Program-made: the position numbers and the translations under genes | In this document: in pieces, positions 40,521 to 53,571 of the stretch | How the letters are laid out: the number at the start of each line of letters is the position of its first letter | Position numbering within the stretch: position 1 is the first letter of the stretch | Source of the DNA: the human T2T-CHM13v2.0 reference genome, Homo sapiens | Strand: one strand, 5' to 3' | Length of the DNA stretch: 64,000 bases | Assembly: GCF_009914755.1 (NCBI RefSeq) | Contig: NC_060939.1 | The notes under the pieces: model-generated | Told to the model about the DNA's origin: nothing | Seen by the model: the letters and a program-made list of their open reading frames with translations, nothing else | The model's database searches: none

Positions 40521-43500
40521 GGCTTTTAAAGAACATCGGACTAAAAGTCTGAAAACCTGGGTTTTACTCCCAACCCTGTCATTTACACAGTACTATGACC
40601 TTGAAGAATTCCTTAACCTTACTGGGTCTCCGTGTTTTTTTAATTAGTCACTTAGAGATAATAATTTCTGCCAGATGATAAAGGTCAAAGAAAATATTGC
40701 ATAGGGAAATGCTCGATACCCAAGAGCCGTAAAAGTGGAAAGGACAGCAATTTTTTTTTAAATATGCAGAAAGTCATTTTGCACCTTCCAAGTACCTTGG
40801 GTCTGAAATGGCACTGAGAGAGTTGCAATAACACAAATCTAGCTGTTTCTCCCTCCTCTGCATTTTCCCTCTCTACCAACTCTGTCATCCCATTCACGGT
40901 GTCTCACTTACACTCCTTTGGGAGGTCAAAATTTGCACTAGCCATCTTAGTTGATGGGGGTGTACATCCCTTTGTATCACTGGAGTGGTAATGGACATGT
41001 ACAGGCCAGCGTAACTCAGAGCTCTGCTTGGGTTCTTAGGGGCTTAGCTGTCCCTGGCAGAAGCCTGATATGCCCATATGCTCCTGTAATGACTAGCTGT
41101 CAGGGAGATGCATGGTGTCCTTTCAGCAGAAGAACACAAACAGATGAGGTGGACTGTGGTATTTCTCTGGCTCCTTAATTAGCACTCTGATGGGTGACAG
41201 GAGGCCCAACTGGATGTGTTCCATCAGGGCTGCAGGGGAGTCAAGCCAAAGGATTATGATGTTCATCTAGGTCCCAAATAAACAGTCAATTTGGAGCCAG
41301 TGTTACATGCACACAACCTGATTTTATTTCCATTTTTTCATCCTTTGCCTGAGCCAGTTTTCTAACTTTTGGTAGTGGAGACTAGAAACATTCTAAGGGT
41401 GTATCTTCTTCAGCCTTATAATTTATTCTAGCAAAGGCCATTGATAAATGTTCACTGAAATATAAATAGAGCTTGACTCTTCATGCAATTGCTTACCTGT
41501 TCCTCTTTCTCCATCTTGCAGTATCTGGGTCTTATCTCCTGTATAGAAATTCTCAGACTTTCCGCCTAGCAGCTCAAAGACCATCACTGATTTTTGATGA
41601 TTCGCATGAAAAACATTACATAGTTGCAATTCGTTCCCCTCAACTGCCCTCGATCTCCATCACTGCTTTTTGATGACTTCAGTGATATCTTATATAGTTG
41701 TGATTTGCTACACCCCCCCACTGGTCCTAGTTTAGTGGCCCATCTGGCATGCAGAGGAGATGAGAAACTTGTCTTCTGCTCAAAGGTTAAGGGCACGCAG
41801 AGACAGGGAAATATGGGGAAGAAGGACCTGTGATCTTATTGTGATGCTGTTGTTACTGCATCATTTTTACCAGTTTTCCCAATAAAGGGTCAAGGTCTAA
41901 GTCTTAAATTCAATAGCATAAATTATATATATTCAGTGGAAGATTCCACACTGATATTTAAAGTTCGTTTCCACAATGTTATTGGGCAGCTATTATGTGT
42001 GAAACACAGGGGGAGGGGGTAGACACTGAAGAATACACAAATCTGATAAACAAAAAGCTCAAGTAGCTTAGTATAAAGCCAAGGAGAGCCAGAGCACCAT
42101 ATGTTTATGAATATAATGGCATTTCTAAGAGTGTCTCTTGAGTTCCAGGGCTTGAATGATATGTGTGGGTCTTCCTCATAGATTTGGGGTTAAGCAATCC
42201 AGCTATTTCTCACTGTCCCAGTAGATCTCTTGCTGAATCACTGGAACATGGCATCCACGTGGGAGAAGTGGTGCTTCCTCCTCCTATCAGGCAGATTTCA
42301 GTATCCCCAGCCACAATAAGAAGCAGGAACAGACAGCTGCACAGGGAAAGGCAATGGTGATATAAATACATGTTTAATTGCACATCAATTACAATTAGTT
42401 ACTAGGCTGCATTTATTTAAATGCAGTGTAATTAGAGCAAAAACCTTGATTTAATCATAACCTTATCAAACACAGATCCCGTCATCTTCCTGTGCTCGCA
42501 GTCTGTGTTTCCCTCTGCTCAATTCCAAGGGGAGGGGAGATAGCAGAATCCATTTATGGTAGAGGCCTTTGCCAAGGATTCTCTCCTCATCTGGGACCCC
42601 TGCTCAGATCTGCAGAGGGGTTCATCGTGTCGTCTTCTCTAGCAGCTCCTGATGAGAGGGTCTGATTAGCTAGAATGACTTATTGAAAATATAACTCATC
42701 CCTAATGGCAGCCTTTATAACCCGGGAGCTCAAGATTAGTAAGGACATTACATAGCTTCAGCCTCCAGAGATAAATTACTCCTTGGAATGTACCCTCTCA
42801 CAGTCCCTATATCTGATTTCTCATCAGTGTGGATGGGCTCTGACTTGACATTTCCGCAAAGGGGTGGACAGCAGGCAGGCCGACTGTCTTTCACAGTTAG
42901 CTCCAGGCTATGTCTTTGTCCTCCTCCCTTTCTCTTTCATTATCTCCTGGCTTCTCTGTCCCTGCCTCCCCAGAGGCTGATATGTTATCTGTGAGTTTTT
43001 TGAAGGAGAAAGTCCTCTTTCTCTGAGTGTGCTTAGAAGCAGGGCTCTATTGTACCCATAACAGCACAAATATCCCCAATTGCTGGGAGGTCTTTTCTTC
43101 AATGATCTTCTCCATGGTTACTGGGAGATAAAATGGAAAAAAACCTTATCTACATTTTATGGATTGGAAAGTGGAGGTCTAGATCTAAGACTAAGCTAGC
43201 AAAGACAGACTGACAGAAATAGGCAAATGTCTTTGTGAAGCAATTATATTGCTTATGGTTCCTTCACACAGTTATTCCCTACACTTTCTGCCAAACAGAA
43301 ACAGATACATTTCTGGAACTTTGGTATTGATAAATAAAGTGCATTGAGCATCCACTCTGCAGCAGGCACTGTGTGTGCATTGTCCTTCACAGCAAAGCAC
43401 AGTATAGCCACCATTATTATTTCCATTCCACAGATGAGAAAACTGATGTGCAAAAAAGTTAGTTACCTAGCCTGAGTAACGCAATGACCACTGTTGTCTG

Positions 43501-43714
43501 TGGAACATAAGCTTAGAGCCAGAACTGCATTACACGCTTAGATATTTTGTTTCCTCTTATTCTTGCAACAACCCTATGGACCAGGCATCACTGTACTATG
43601 CTGACTTTGCAAATGAAGCAAATGAGCTCCAAGTGGTGAAGCTAATGGCAGACATTTTCATGACTAGAGAGTGGTGAAGCCTAGTTTTGTCCCGAAGTCC
43701 CATGTGCTCTCTTC

Positions 43715-44570
43715 TGTGCCTACCTGGTCTTCTTCCAGTGGTCCTACGTCCCAGCTGGTGACACCACCAGCCACTTAGCTGCACAATCCAGAAACCCAGA
43801 CCCCAGACTGAAAACCCCTGTCACCTGCCACATTGTTTCTATGACCAATTTCTGTACGTTTTATGTGCTTAATCCTTCTCCGGTTTATCCATCCCCCAGC
43901 CAGCATGCTGTCCAGGCCACCATTATCTCCTAGTTGGATTCAGCTATTACTGTCCAACTGGGAACCCTGTTTCTACTATCTATTCCCTACGTGTCAACCA
44001 CAGTGAACTTAAAAACTGCAAATGTGGTCATGTCACTCACTGGCTAAAGCCATCCATCAGCTTCCCATCCTTCCAGTAAAGGCCATGATCTTTCTCATGG
44101 CCTGCGTCTCTTTTCAGTATGGGATTCTCACCCATCCCATATCTCGAGCCCACATCCATGCCTCCTTGCTCCAGCCATGTGGCCTTCTTTCATCTGTTTT
44201 CACATGGTCTCTCTCAAAACAGAGGCTTTTCCCATGTGACTCCCTCTGCATAGAATGCTCTTCACTTCGCCCCACCTGCCTCTACCTGGCTAACTATTCC
44301 TTACTTTGAATCTCAACTCAAAAGTGACCTCTTTATGGAGGCCTTCCCCGACCCTTCTGAATAGATCAGAACCTCATATCATCACAGATAGTAGTCATTT
44401 GCTGTTTTTATATACTCATGTGACTCTTTCATTCAGACCTGGCTCCGTACTAGGCTCTGAGATGCAGGAGGGCAAGGACGGTGTCCGTCTCATTTACCAG
44501 GACATCCCTGGCCCCCAGGATGGCAGCCTGAACCTAGAAGGTCTCAATAAATATTCACTGGCATGATGAG
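43715..44570 (+). mobile_element. L2 LINE 3' portion
   Basis: CCAGAAACCCAG, TCATGTCACTC, CTCAACTCAAAAGTGACCTC, CTCAATAAATATT end. Confidence 0.85.
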
Positions 44571-45210
44571 TTAATCCACTCCAGTCGGCCTGGAATCCAT
44601 TCTTTCATTTATTTCTCTTTGGTGTCTTCTGCATTCCACAAGCTCTTTCCCACATCCCACAACTGAGTCTTTTCTTTCACAAATGTTTTCTTGGCACTGT
44701 AGTTTTGGGCTCTTGCTTTTATGAGCCCTTACCAGAATTTTTCTTTCTTTCCAGAATAGTCTTTCTAGTTTCTCTTCTTCACTCTGCCCACGTAACACCT
44801 TATATCCACTATACACAGGCTAAGCTCCCCTGATACCACTTTTACAAATAGTATGTAAGGCCATGCTGGGGATACAATATCTGTAGCACAGATTCAACAT
44901 ACACCTCCTGGAGGGGGACATGTTCAGTGCTATAAGAGGGTATCACAGAAAAGAAGGCAAAAGCTTGGAATGGAAATAAATAATTGCTCAGAAGAAGAAG
45001 CTAGAGTGAAGAAAAGTATTGGAAAATTAGATATAATAGGGACTTCTAAAACTCAGTGTCATGGGGCCTTGTGGAACATCACTGGGAGTTTACCAGCCCA
45101 AAGCGTTATTCCTTTAACACTATGCTGGGCACAGGACTAAATACTGGGGCCAGAGAAAAACAGGAGACAGTTTCTGACTTCAAGCAGTTCTCAGTTCACA
45201 CCTTTCAGGT

Positions 45211-45211
<1 letters not shown>

Positions 45212-45247
<36 letters not shown>
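45212..45247. repeat. (TG)n microsatellite
   Basis: Pure GT run. Confidence 0.95.
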
Positions 45248-45249
<2 letters not shown>

Positions 45250-45284
45250 GGGAGCAGGAGACTGGTAACTACAACATGGTAATT

Positions 45285-45575
45285 ATCATTCATCCATTCA
45301 TTCAGCAAACATTCACGGACAACCTATTATGTCCAGGAGACTGTTGTAAGCACTGAGACATAAATGTAAGCAAAGAAACTAACCCCCTTGCTCTCTAAGA
45401 GCTTACATGCTCAGGAGGGAGTTGGGGTAACAGGGACAGGCTCAAGAACAAACATAAGTAAAATCTACGGAATGTTGGAAAGTGCTAACTGTCATGAAGA
45501 ATCAGGAAACTTGGGTGGGGTAGGGGGATGGAGTGTGTACTTGTATGTGAATTAAGGTGGTCTAGATAGGTCTAA
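45285..45575 (-). mobile_element. L2 3' end
   Basis: CATTCATCCATTCATTCAGCAAACATT..GAGCTTACA. Confidence 0.75.
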
Positions 45576-46861
45576 AAGACTACTGCATGTGGACTCCAGA
45601 CCACTGTGTCTTTCTTATCAGGCCTTCTTCTCAGTTGTATTATCTTTAATCCTTGAAACAACTCTAAAAGTTAAATATTATTACCTCCACCTTATGGAGA
45701 AGAATTAGAACCTCAAAAAAGGCTACTTACCTTTCCTAAGCTCATATACCTTCCAAATGGTAGGACAAATGCTCAAGACTAGGCTCAACTGCTGCCCAAG
45801 CTCAGCACTAGCCTGTTTTGCTGTGCTGCTGTTATATTAGTGAAAGCATGCTCCAAGGCATATGGAATAGGGAAGAGTTAACCCTAATTATTGCATTGGA
45901 GAATGTTTCTCAGAGGAACTAATAGATGAGTCTAGCTGTGATAAATCCATAGATGGATGTTTCCAGCACAACTGATCACCCTGGATGCCAGAAACGGCTC
46001 TAGCCTCACCCTGGGCAAGGCACTTCCCACAGGCAGTGATGACCTAGACATTCACATCTGTGCAAAGGATATTCATGGGCACTAATTGAGCATTAGTGTG
46101 CCAGGTGCTAGGGTGTAAACATGAACAGGGCAGGGCCACTGAGCTAAGGTGAAAACTCCTCTTTTAATAAAAGAATGTTGTCATCATATAGAAGTAGTGT
46201 GAAGTTGAGAGTGGCCTTTAACCCTCTTCCCCTTAAATCTATCTCCCATGAAGAGTACTGTCCCATAAATCCATGCTACTTGGGATGCTGTCCTTTGGGT
46301 TCAAAGGTTGCTACTATCAAAGCTTTTAGTTTTGGTAAGGCATTCTGCTATCTGGACAAATGCCATTCTGTAAGGGTGCCGAGAACACACGGCTTGTCAC
46401 GAGAGGCTTGACCAGCTGCAGCAGGTCTGGACGAGTCGCCTTAGAAATCATGAAGGAGAGAGTACATAAGAAGTGTTCATGTGTGGTGGGGAGCACTCAG
46501 AGGCATGAGTGCACATATGGAAGAAGAATACTCACACCTCAACACCTTGGTATTCTAGGGACAATACATGGCTTTGGAGTCAGACATGCTTGCTTCCTAA
46601 TTCCATCTCTAGAGTTTATCAGCTGTGTGACCTTGGACAACTTAAAGATACTGTCGAGTTTGCTATCCAAAGTGAGATGATGAGACTTCCCACTGAGGAT
46701 TGTTAGCCAGAGGATTAAATCTGAAGTTGAAACTAGTTGAACATGTTCAGGCATCTGATCCCAAGTTTTGCCTAGGTCTAGTCTGATTCAATAATGTCTT
46801 TTTGCTATACTTTAATGATTGATTTTGGGGCGGAATATCTCAAAGCCCTACGAACCTAACT

Positions 46862-47072
46862 TAGTCATTCACCGACTGTAAAAACGGTGAACTTAGGGCA
46901 AGTTACCAAGCCTCTCTGAGCCTCAGTTTTGTATCTGTCAAGGGAGGGCAATGAAGCCTCCCCTGTACCATGTTTTAGGATTACAGGAGATGACGCATGC
47001 ATGGCTCTGAGTTTAGTGCCCAGCACATGGTGAGTTCTGAATAGACTAGACATAGCCATTATCATTATTATT
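46862..47072 (+). mobile_element. MIR
   Basis: GGGCAAGTTAC..CTCTGAGCCTCAGTTT..AGTGCCCAGCACATGGT. Confidence 0.85.
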
Positions 47073-47463
47073 GACTATAACAACTACATCAAGAGAGCCA
47101 GCTACCCTTCATTCCTTTTGTGTCAGAAATTTGCTTTTTCTCTTTTTCTCCTGGAATATATATATATCTCTTTATATATAATTTCATATATATATATTTA
47201 TATTTATATACAATTTCTTCCTCTTTCCTACCAGCTGAGAAGTGAGAAAGAGTTAACTGCAGTCATAAAGCACAGAGGCTGTTCATTAGAGCCTGACTTA
47301 TAAATGTTTTACACTGCCATCCAGACATGTTGGTACTACACGACTACAAATTATGCTTTGGTGCCTTGTCCCGCAGCAGGGGCTGCTGTTCAACAATCAA
47401 GCCCAAGGAGCTTATTTTTGGTAGTTCCTGCCATCAGTGATCCTTCCTTTCCTCTGTGAGTAA

Positions 47464-47488
47464 GTGTGTGTGTGTGTGTGTGTGTGTG
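47464..47488. repeat. (TG)n microsatellite
   Basis: Pure GT run. Confidence 0.9.
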
Positions 47489-49163
47489 CCTATGAAGATA
47501 CACATGTGTCTGGATGAGCACATGTTTCTATGTTTCTGAAAATGTTAACAGAGCCACCACCTACCACAGGGAAATCTATATTCTGCTTGCACCTATCATG
47601 GGCAGAAAGCAATAAGGAGGTGAAAGAAGTTGAGGGAGAGGCTTTTTGTTTACCTACCCCTTGGCTTCTGGCTGCTCTTGTGCCTCCCCAGCCCAGGCAG
47701 GGGGCAGCAGGGATGTGGGAAGCTGTGTCAGTCTTGCACCTGCCCTAGATCAATGCAGTTCCAAGTGATGGGCCTTCTTAAGGAGGTCGCAGGGGTCTGT
47801 TGATTTCATTGGGTGGATGGAAGGGCACTAATGAAGTTATTTCACCTTTTTCCAAGCTCCCAGGCACTCCTGAAGGTCACTGCTCCCAAATTTTTTCTAG
47901 GGAATTCTGATCCCCATTGAAGGTATCTATTTTCTCTTCAGTTTCATTCAAAGGTGTCTATGATGCACCAACCATAGGCAATAACATACTGTCTGGGTGC
48001 TGTGGGGAAAGCAAAAGTGAACTAGATATGATACCTGCCCTCAGAGAGCTTGAAATCCAGCAGCTACAAATGATGATGTTAACCTGTATTGAGCTCATTC
48101 TTCAATGTGCTATGTTCTAAGGACTGTCTCAAGAACAGTTTCTCATTTAATTCTCAAAATCTTTTGAGTTAGGTTATGTTATTATCCCTATTCTATTAAT
48201 ATGTTCAATGAAGTTCAAAAAGGTTTAGTAACTATTCCGACTACAGGGAGCTAGAATATCAACATTCAGAGCCTGGTTTTAAACATTATTATGAGTGTGA
48301 CCTTGGTAACTTAAAGTTCTCTGTTACTCAGTTTTCCCGTTTTTACAATTGCATAATGATGTTATCTACTTCACAGAGCTGTTGTAAGGATAAAACAATA
48401 TATTAGGTATTTAATATGTGCTGGCATATAGTGAGGACACCAAAAATGTTAGCTGTTTTTTAAAACATTGCCTCATCAATGTCCTCAGTATGCCACCCAT
48501 ACTCCTGAGAAGAGACTGATGTGTTTGAAATGTCCAACCCTAAAGTATTTATTTGTATTCATGGGTTAATTGTCAGGTTTATCCACAAAGTCAAACCAAC
48601 TATATGTCATCAGCTATCACAAAAAATAAACGCAATTCTGAAGATAGCAATAGCTCATAGACATCAGGTCAAATCTGCAAAGATGAGCATTGTCCTAGGT
48701 GCTAAGGATACTGCAATTAAGAGTCTACATGGAACTTCAGATTTAGAAAAACTAGGGTTGGAATCTTGCTCCCTGTTCCTTCTGCTTGTGTACTCTTGTC
48801 CAAGCTACCAACCTCTATAGCATTGCTTTCTCATTTTATGAAATTGGAATAACAACAGTACCTACTTCTTAGAATCATTTGGGGTTAAGTGACATGAAAA
48901 ACACAAACCATAGTCTCTACGCAGAGTAACTGCTTGAGGAATGTTACTTATAGGTCATTGGGAAAGTGTATTGCACAGAGAACCAGCATTTATAGGCAGA
49001 ACACATAAATTATAACTTACTTAAAAATCTACAACACAACAAAACTACAAGATTAGTATTACTGATAAGTCCTACAGATAAGGCTGCTCAAATTGTTTAT
49101 GATATTAGCCCAAGGGTGCACACCTATAAGATTGGATATTTAATCTGAATTTGTATATCCTTA

Positions 49164-49505
<342 letters not shown>

Positions 49506-52500
49506 GTTCTTTTTACCATTTTGGCCACAAGCATTTACGTAACAGCTATTGGTTGTGCTGAGGATATACATACACGAGGACATCTATGAAATTATCAGAA
49601 GAGGAAAGCAAGAAGGTGGATGTGGAAAATGCACTATGTAAGGAAAAGAGTCCTACATTAATTGGACCAAACATGGTAGCTAGAAACACAGGTACTTGCT
49701 GATGAATATGGGCAAAAACTGTGAGAGGATGGACAAATGATTTGCCAATAGGCTTGCTGAGGGTAGAATTAGCAGTCCAGGGAAGCACGTGCTACCATGC
49801 TGCAGGAGGTAAATTACTCTACTCACTAGTTAGAGGTTCGAAAACAATTAGAGAGATAGATTCCATGCGTATAAATAGAAAGAGCATGTGGATATATGGG
49901 TGCTGCATGGTGATAGATAATGCCATAGATAAATACTGGAGCTGGAAAGGCATATAGAGACTCCGGATAAATGATTCCTATAAATAAGAATTGCTCATAG
50001 ATATTTCAGATGCTTCTCTATTTATGAACATTTGACATTCACCCCTAAGGAACTGCATATTTCCTCATCAAAGAGAAAGGCAACCGTGAAGCCAATGACT
50101 GGATGTCTGATTAGAGCTTTCAGCATTCACACCGTGTGAGCAGCTGCAACTGTGACTCAGGCTCTAGATTCAAGCCCTTGAGGCCTAATGGATGTCTCAT
50201 CCACAGCATGGCCAGGAAGCCACAGTAATCGCTGCCTGAGAAAGCTCACCACCAGTGCCTGTTACTGGGCTCAGTTTTCTTTGGAAAAAAAAAAAAAAGC
50301 CCTCATTTTCCCTTGCTGTGATAAGTAAGAGAAGTCACCATCTCTTGCTTGAGGCAAAGGATTTGGTCTGGGTAGGTATTGGGAAGTGTTCCTATTGTTT
50401 ATTAGATGGGACTTTCCCTGTGAGTAGCAAGCATTTCATATTGTAAATGTTGGAACATTCTGTATGGATCATGGGCATAACAAAGTAATAATAGCAGAAA
50501 TGTGATCATATCTGTGCAACAGCTTCTAAAGGAAAACACATGGGTTCTGAAGTCAGATGGACCAGAAACTGTGTGATACTAAAGAAGTTACATAATTAAT
50601 TGTCCTTAGTCTTAAAATGGGGATTATAAGAACCATTTCATAGGTTTGTTACGTGAAGTAGATGTTATAGTCTACACAAACTACTTAGCCTAGCACCTGG
50701 GGGATGGTAGGGTTTCAACAAAAGGTAATTGATACAATTATTAACAATGACCAGAACAGCAAAGTCCCACCTGCTTGTCCCCAGTGAAGGCATACTTGTG
50801 TGCACAGCACTTTTTACTACTTAGGTAGCACAGCTTTGCATAAAAACAGAAGCCAAAACACCTCTGAAATAGCTGCCAGAGGCTCTTTCTCTTGAGTTGA
50901 ATGTAAGAAAGAAGGCATACTTGCTCCCTAGGTCAGCCTGACCTGCTTGAAAACATAATCCAAGCCCAGAGGGACACCAGAGCCTATGGCTGTGAGTTGT
51001 AGAAATAAATATTAAACAGCACTCTGATTTCTAGTTATTTTTCCACTAACTTGCATTGACTCATAGGAAAATACCTTGAAGCCTTGAGTTTTCCCATCTA
51101 CCAAAAAATGTATTGAAAGTTCGCTTTACTCAGGCACGATTGTAAGTACTTTTTGCATTAGTTCATATCACACTATTAGTAATCTTATGAGTTAAGAGAA
51201 TTTTAATACCTTCATGTCATAGATAAGAAAATGGATATGCAGAGTTGAAGCAACTTGGCTATGGTAATTGGTATTAGAGCTGAGAGTAAATCCTGGGTCA
51301 TCTTACTCCAGAGCTTGCCTTCATACTACTCTAAGCTACCTCCACCAAAATCAAGATGTTGATCTCACTGAAGCTTTAAGCTCCATCTTAACTACAAATG
51401 TCATGACTCTTTCATGAATGTTTTATAGCAGGAAGGCATCAGGAAATTAAGTCACTGGCATAGACTTAGTGGAGCATTCAACAAACACGTGTTCAAAGAG
51501 CCTACCAGGAGCTAGGCGTCAGGAGTTACGATGCACAATCAACGGTGCAGCAAGTCGCCCTGGATTTCATACCACTGTGCTATGGATGTCTATGAAAGCA
51601 TTCTGCAATCAGTCTTATTGGTTGGAATATGATGTAGCAAAAACAACCCTAAACTCTCTCCATATTTTGATTTTTCAGAGCACTTATCACAATAAAAAAT
51701 CATTACGTTTGTTTTCTTGCTTATTGCCTTCTTTCCCTTTACCATCCTGATGGGAATATTTGTTCTCCCTGGAGCAGGGGTCTTGTTGACTTGTTCGCTG
51801 TAGAATCCCTGGTACCCCTAAGAGTGCTGATCCATCGTGGGAGTTACATAAATAGCTGTTGGGTGAACGGTGAATGAACACAACAACAATAAACCCTAGT
51901 ATAACACTTTACATCATTTCACTGAAGTTTAGGAAATGCTTGCAGATACAATATTCAATTTGATATTCATCGACAGCCCTGTGGGAGAGCTAACTTGCAT
52001 TCCTCATTTTATAGAAGAGGAATCAGAAAAATCAAAGAGGTTATTTGAATTATCCAAAGTCACAAGTGTGAAAACTGCAACCATTTTGACTCAAAGCCCC
52101 ACGTTTTGTATTCTGCAAGTTTGCAAATGAAACTGTGACAACATTTTGGAGGTACCCTTTGTTGAAACTGAGCACTTCAGAAACACAGGCCCTTGGCATA
52201 ATTGGACCGGAGGAGTGAATATAGGCAGAAAGAATCAACTTCTGCCTTCTCAGTTGTATGATAGTCCTAAAGAAAATGGACAGTATAAATAGTTTAAGTG
52301 GATGACAAGTTTAGATAAACCATGTTTCATTTTCTTAACTCAGTATAACTGAGAGAAAAATCCCATGTCTGCAGAGCTAATCGTTCCATTTTCTTCCCAA
52401 AGCACAACCTTAGCTTCATCCACTAACACCTGATGTCACAGCATGTTATAACTCAGCAGAGTGCTATACACTGTGTCAACCTGCGCCTTCATTTTTTCCC

Positions 52501-52524
52501 AGTCCCTCATCTGAAGTAAATGGA

Positions 52525-52740
52525 GTCTATGTTTAGCCTATCTGTGTTCAGATCCTAGCTCTCCCTCTTCCTTTCTCTGCAGCTTTGGGATGAGTAGCTT
52601 TAACTCCCTGTGCTTCAATCCTTCACAGGTTTATGAGAAGATTAAATGAGTTAATGCATATGAAGTGTTTAGTTCTAGGTCTGGCATATAACCAAGTGCT
52701 TGGTATCTTTTAGCTGTTATCATTATCATTTTCATTATCA
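52525..52740 (+). mobile_element. MIR
   Basis: GTTCAGATCCTAGCTCT..GAAGATTAAATGAGTTAATGCATATGAAGTG. Confidence 0.8.
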
Positions 52741-53316
52741 TTCTAACATCCAGATGACCTTGCCTCAGCCATCTTTCCCTTCCCCTCAAGTTGCACTGTA
52801 AGAAACATCTTTGTCATCTACTCTGCCATTCTTTTTGGCTCCCTTCTAAATTCTCAAACCACAATTTCCTTTCATCATAACTCTGAATATAAAAATAAGA
52901 TCATTTTTCTTCTCATAACTGGATTATGACTCAAAATAAACATTCCATTGAAGGAATTAGAAAAGTCATCTTGACAAATGAAGGACAATGGATATTTTAA
53001 TAGTGACCATTATCATTGCCTATATACCATTTCCTCAGGTACTATTCTTGAATTGTTGGTTGGACTTCAGTTCCATTGATGGCCTGAGCCATATTTACTT
53101 CATGTCGCTATGGCATTGATCACACCCTCAAAGGAGGTATGCAAACTGTGATCTTGTTTCTGTGACAAAACCAGGTTGGGGGAATGATGGTTAATACAAC
53201 AGTCATCTACTTCTTGCATAAGTCTTTCAGAAAACAATTATTGAGCACCTACTCTTTCCCAAAGGAGGCATTTTTCTAGATGCTGGCAAATCAACAATAA
53301 ATAGAATACTACCTCT

Positions 53317-53571
53317 GGCCGGGTGTGGTGGCTCAAGCCTGTAATCCCAGCATTTTGGAGGGCTGAGGAAGGCAGATCACTTGAGGTCAGAAGTTCAAGA
53401 CCAGCCTGGCCAACATGGTAAAACCCCGTCTCTACTAAAAACACAAAAATTAGCTAGGCATGGTGGTACATGCCTGTAGTCCCAGCTACTCAGGGCTGAG
53501 GCAGGAGAATTGCTTGAACCTGGGAGGCAGAGGTTGCAGTGAGCTGAGGACAGAGCAAGACTCCATCTCAA
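53317..53571 (+). mobile_element. AluS with an internal deletion and no poly-A tail
   Basis: GAGCTGAG joins directly to GACAGAG (~27 nt missing); the element ends ..CTCAA. Confidence 0.93.
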
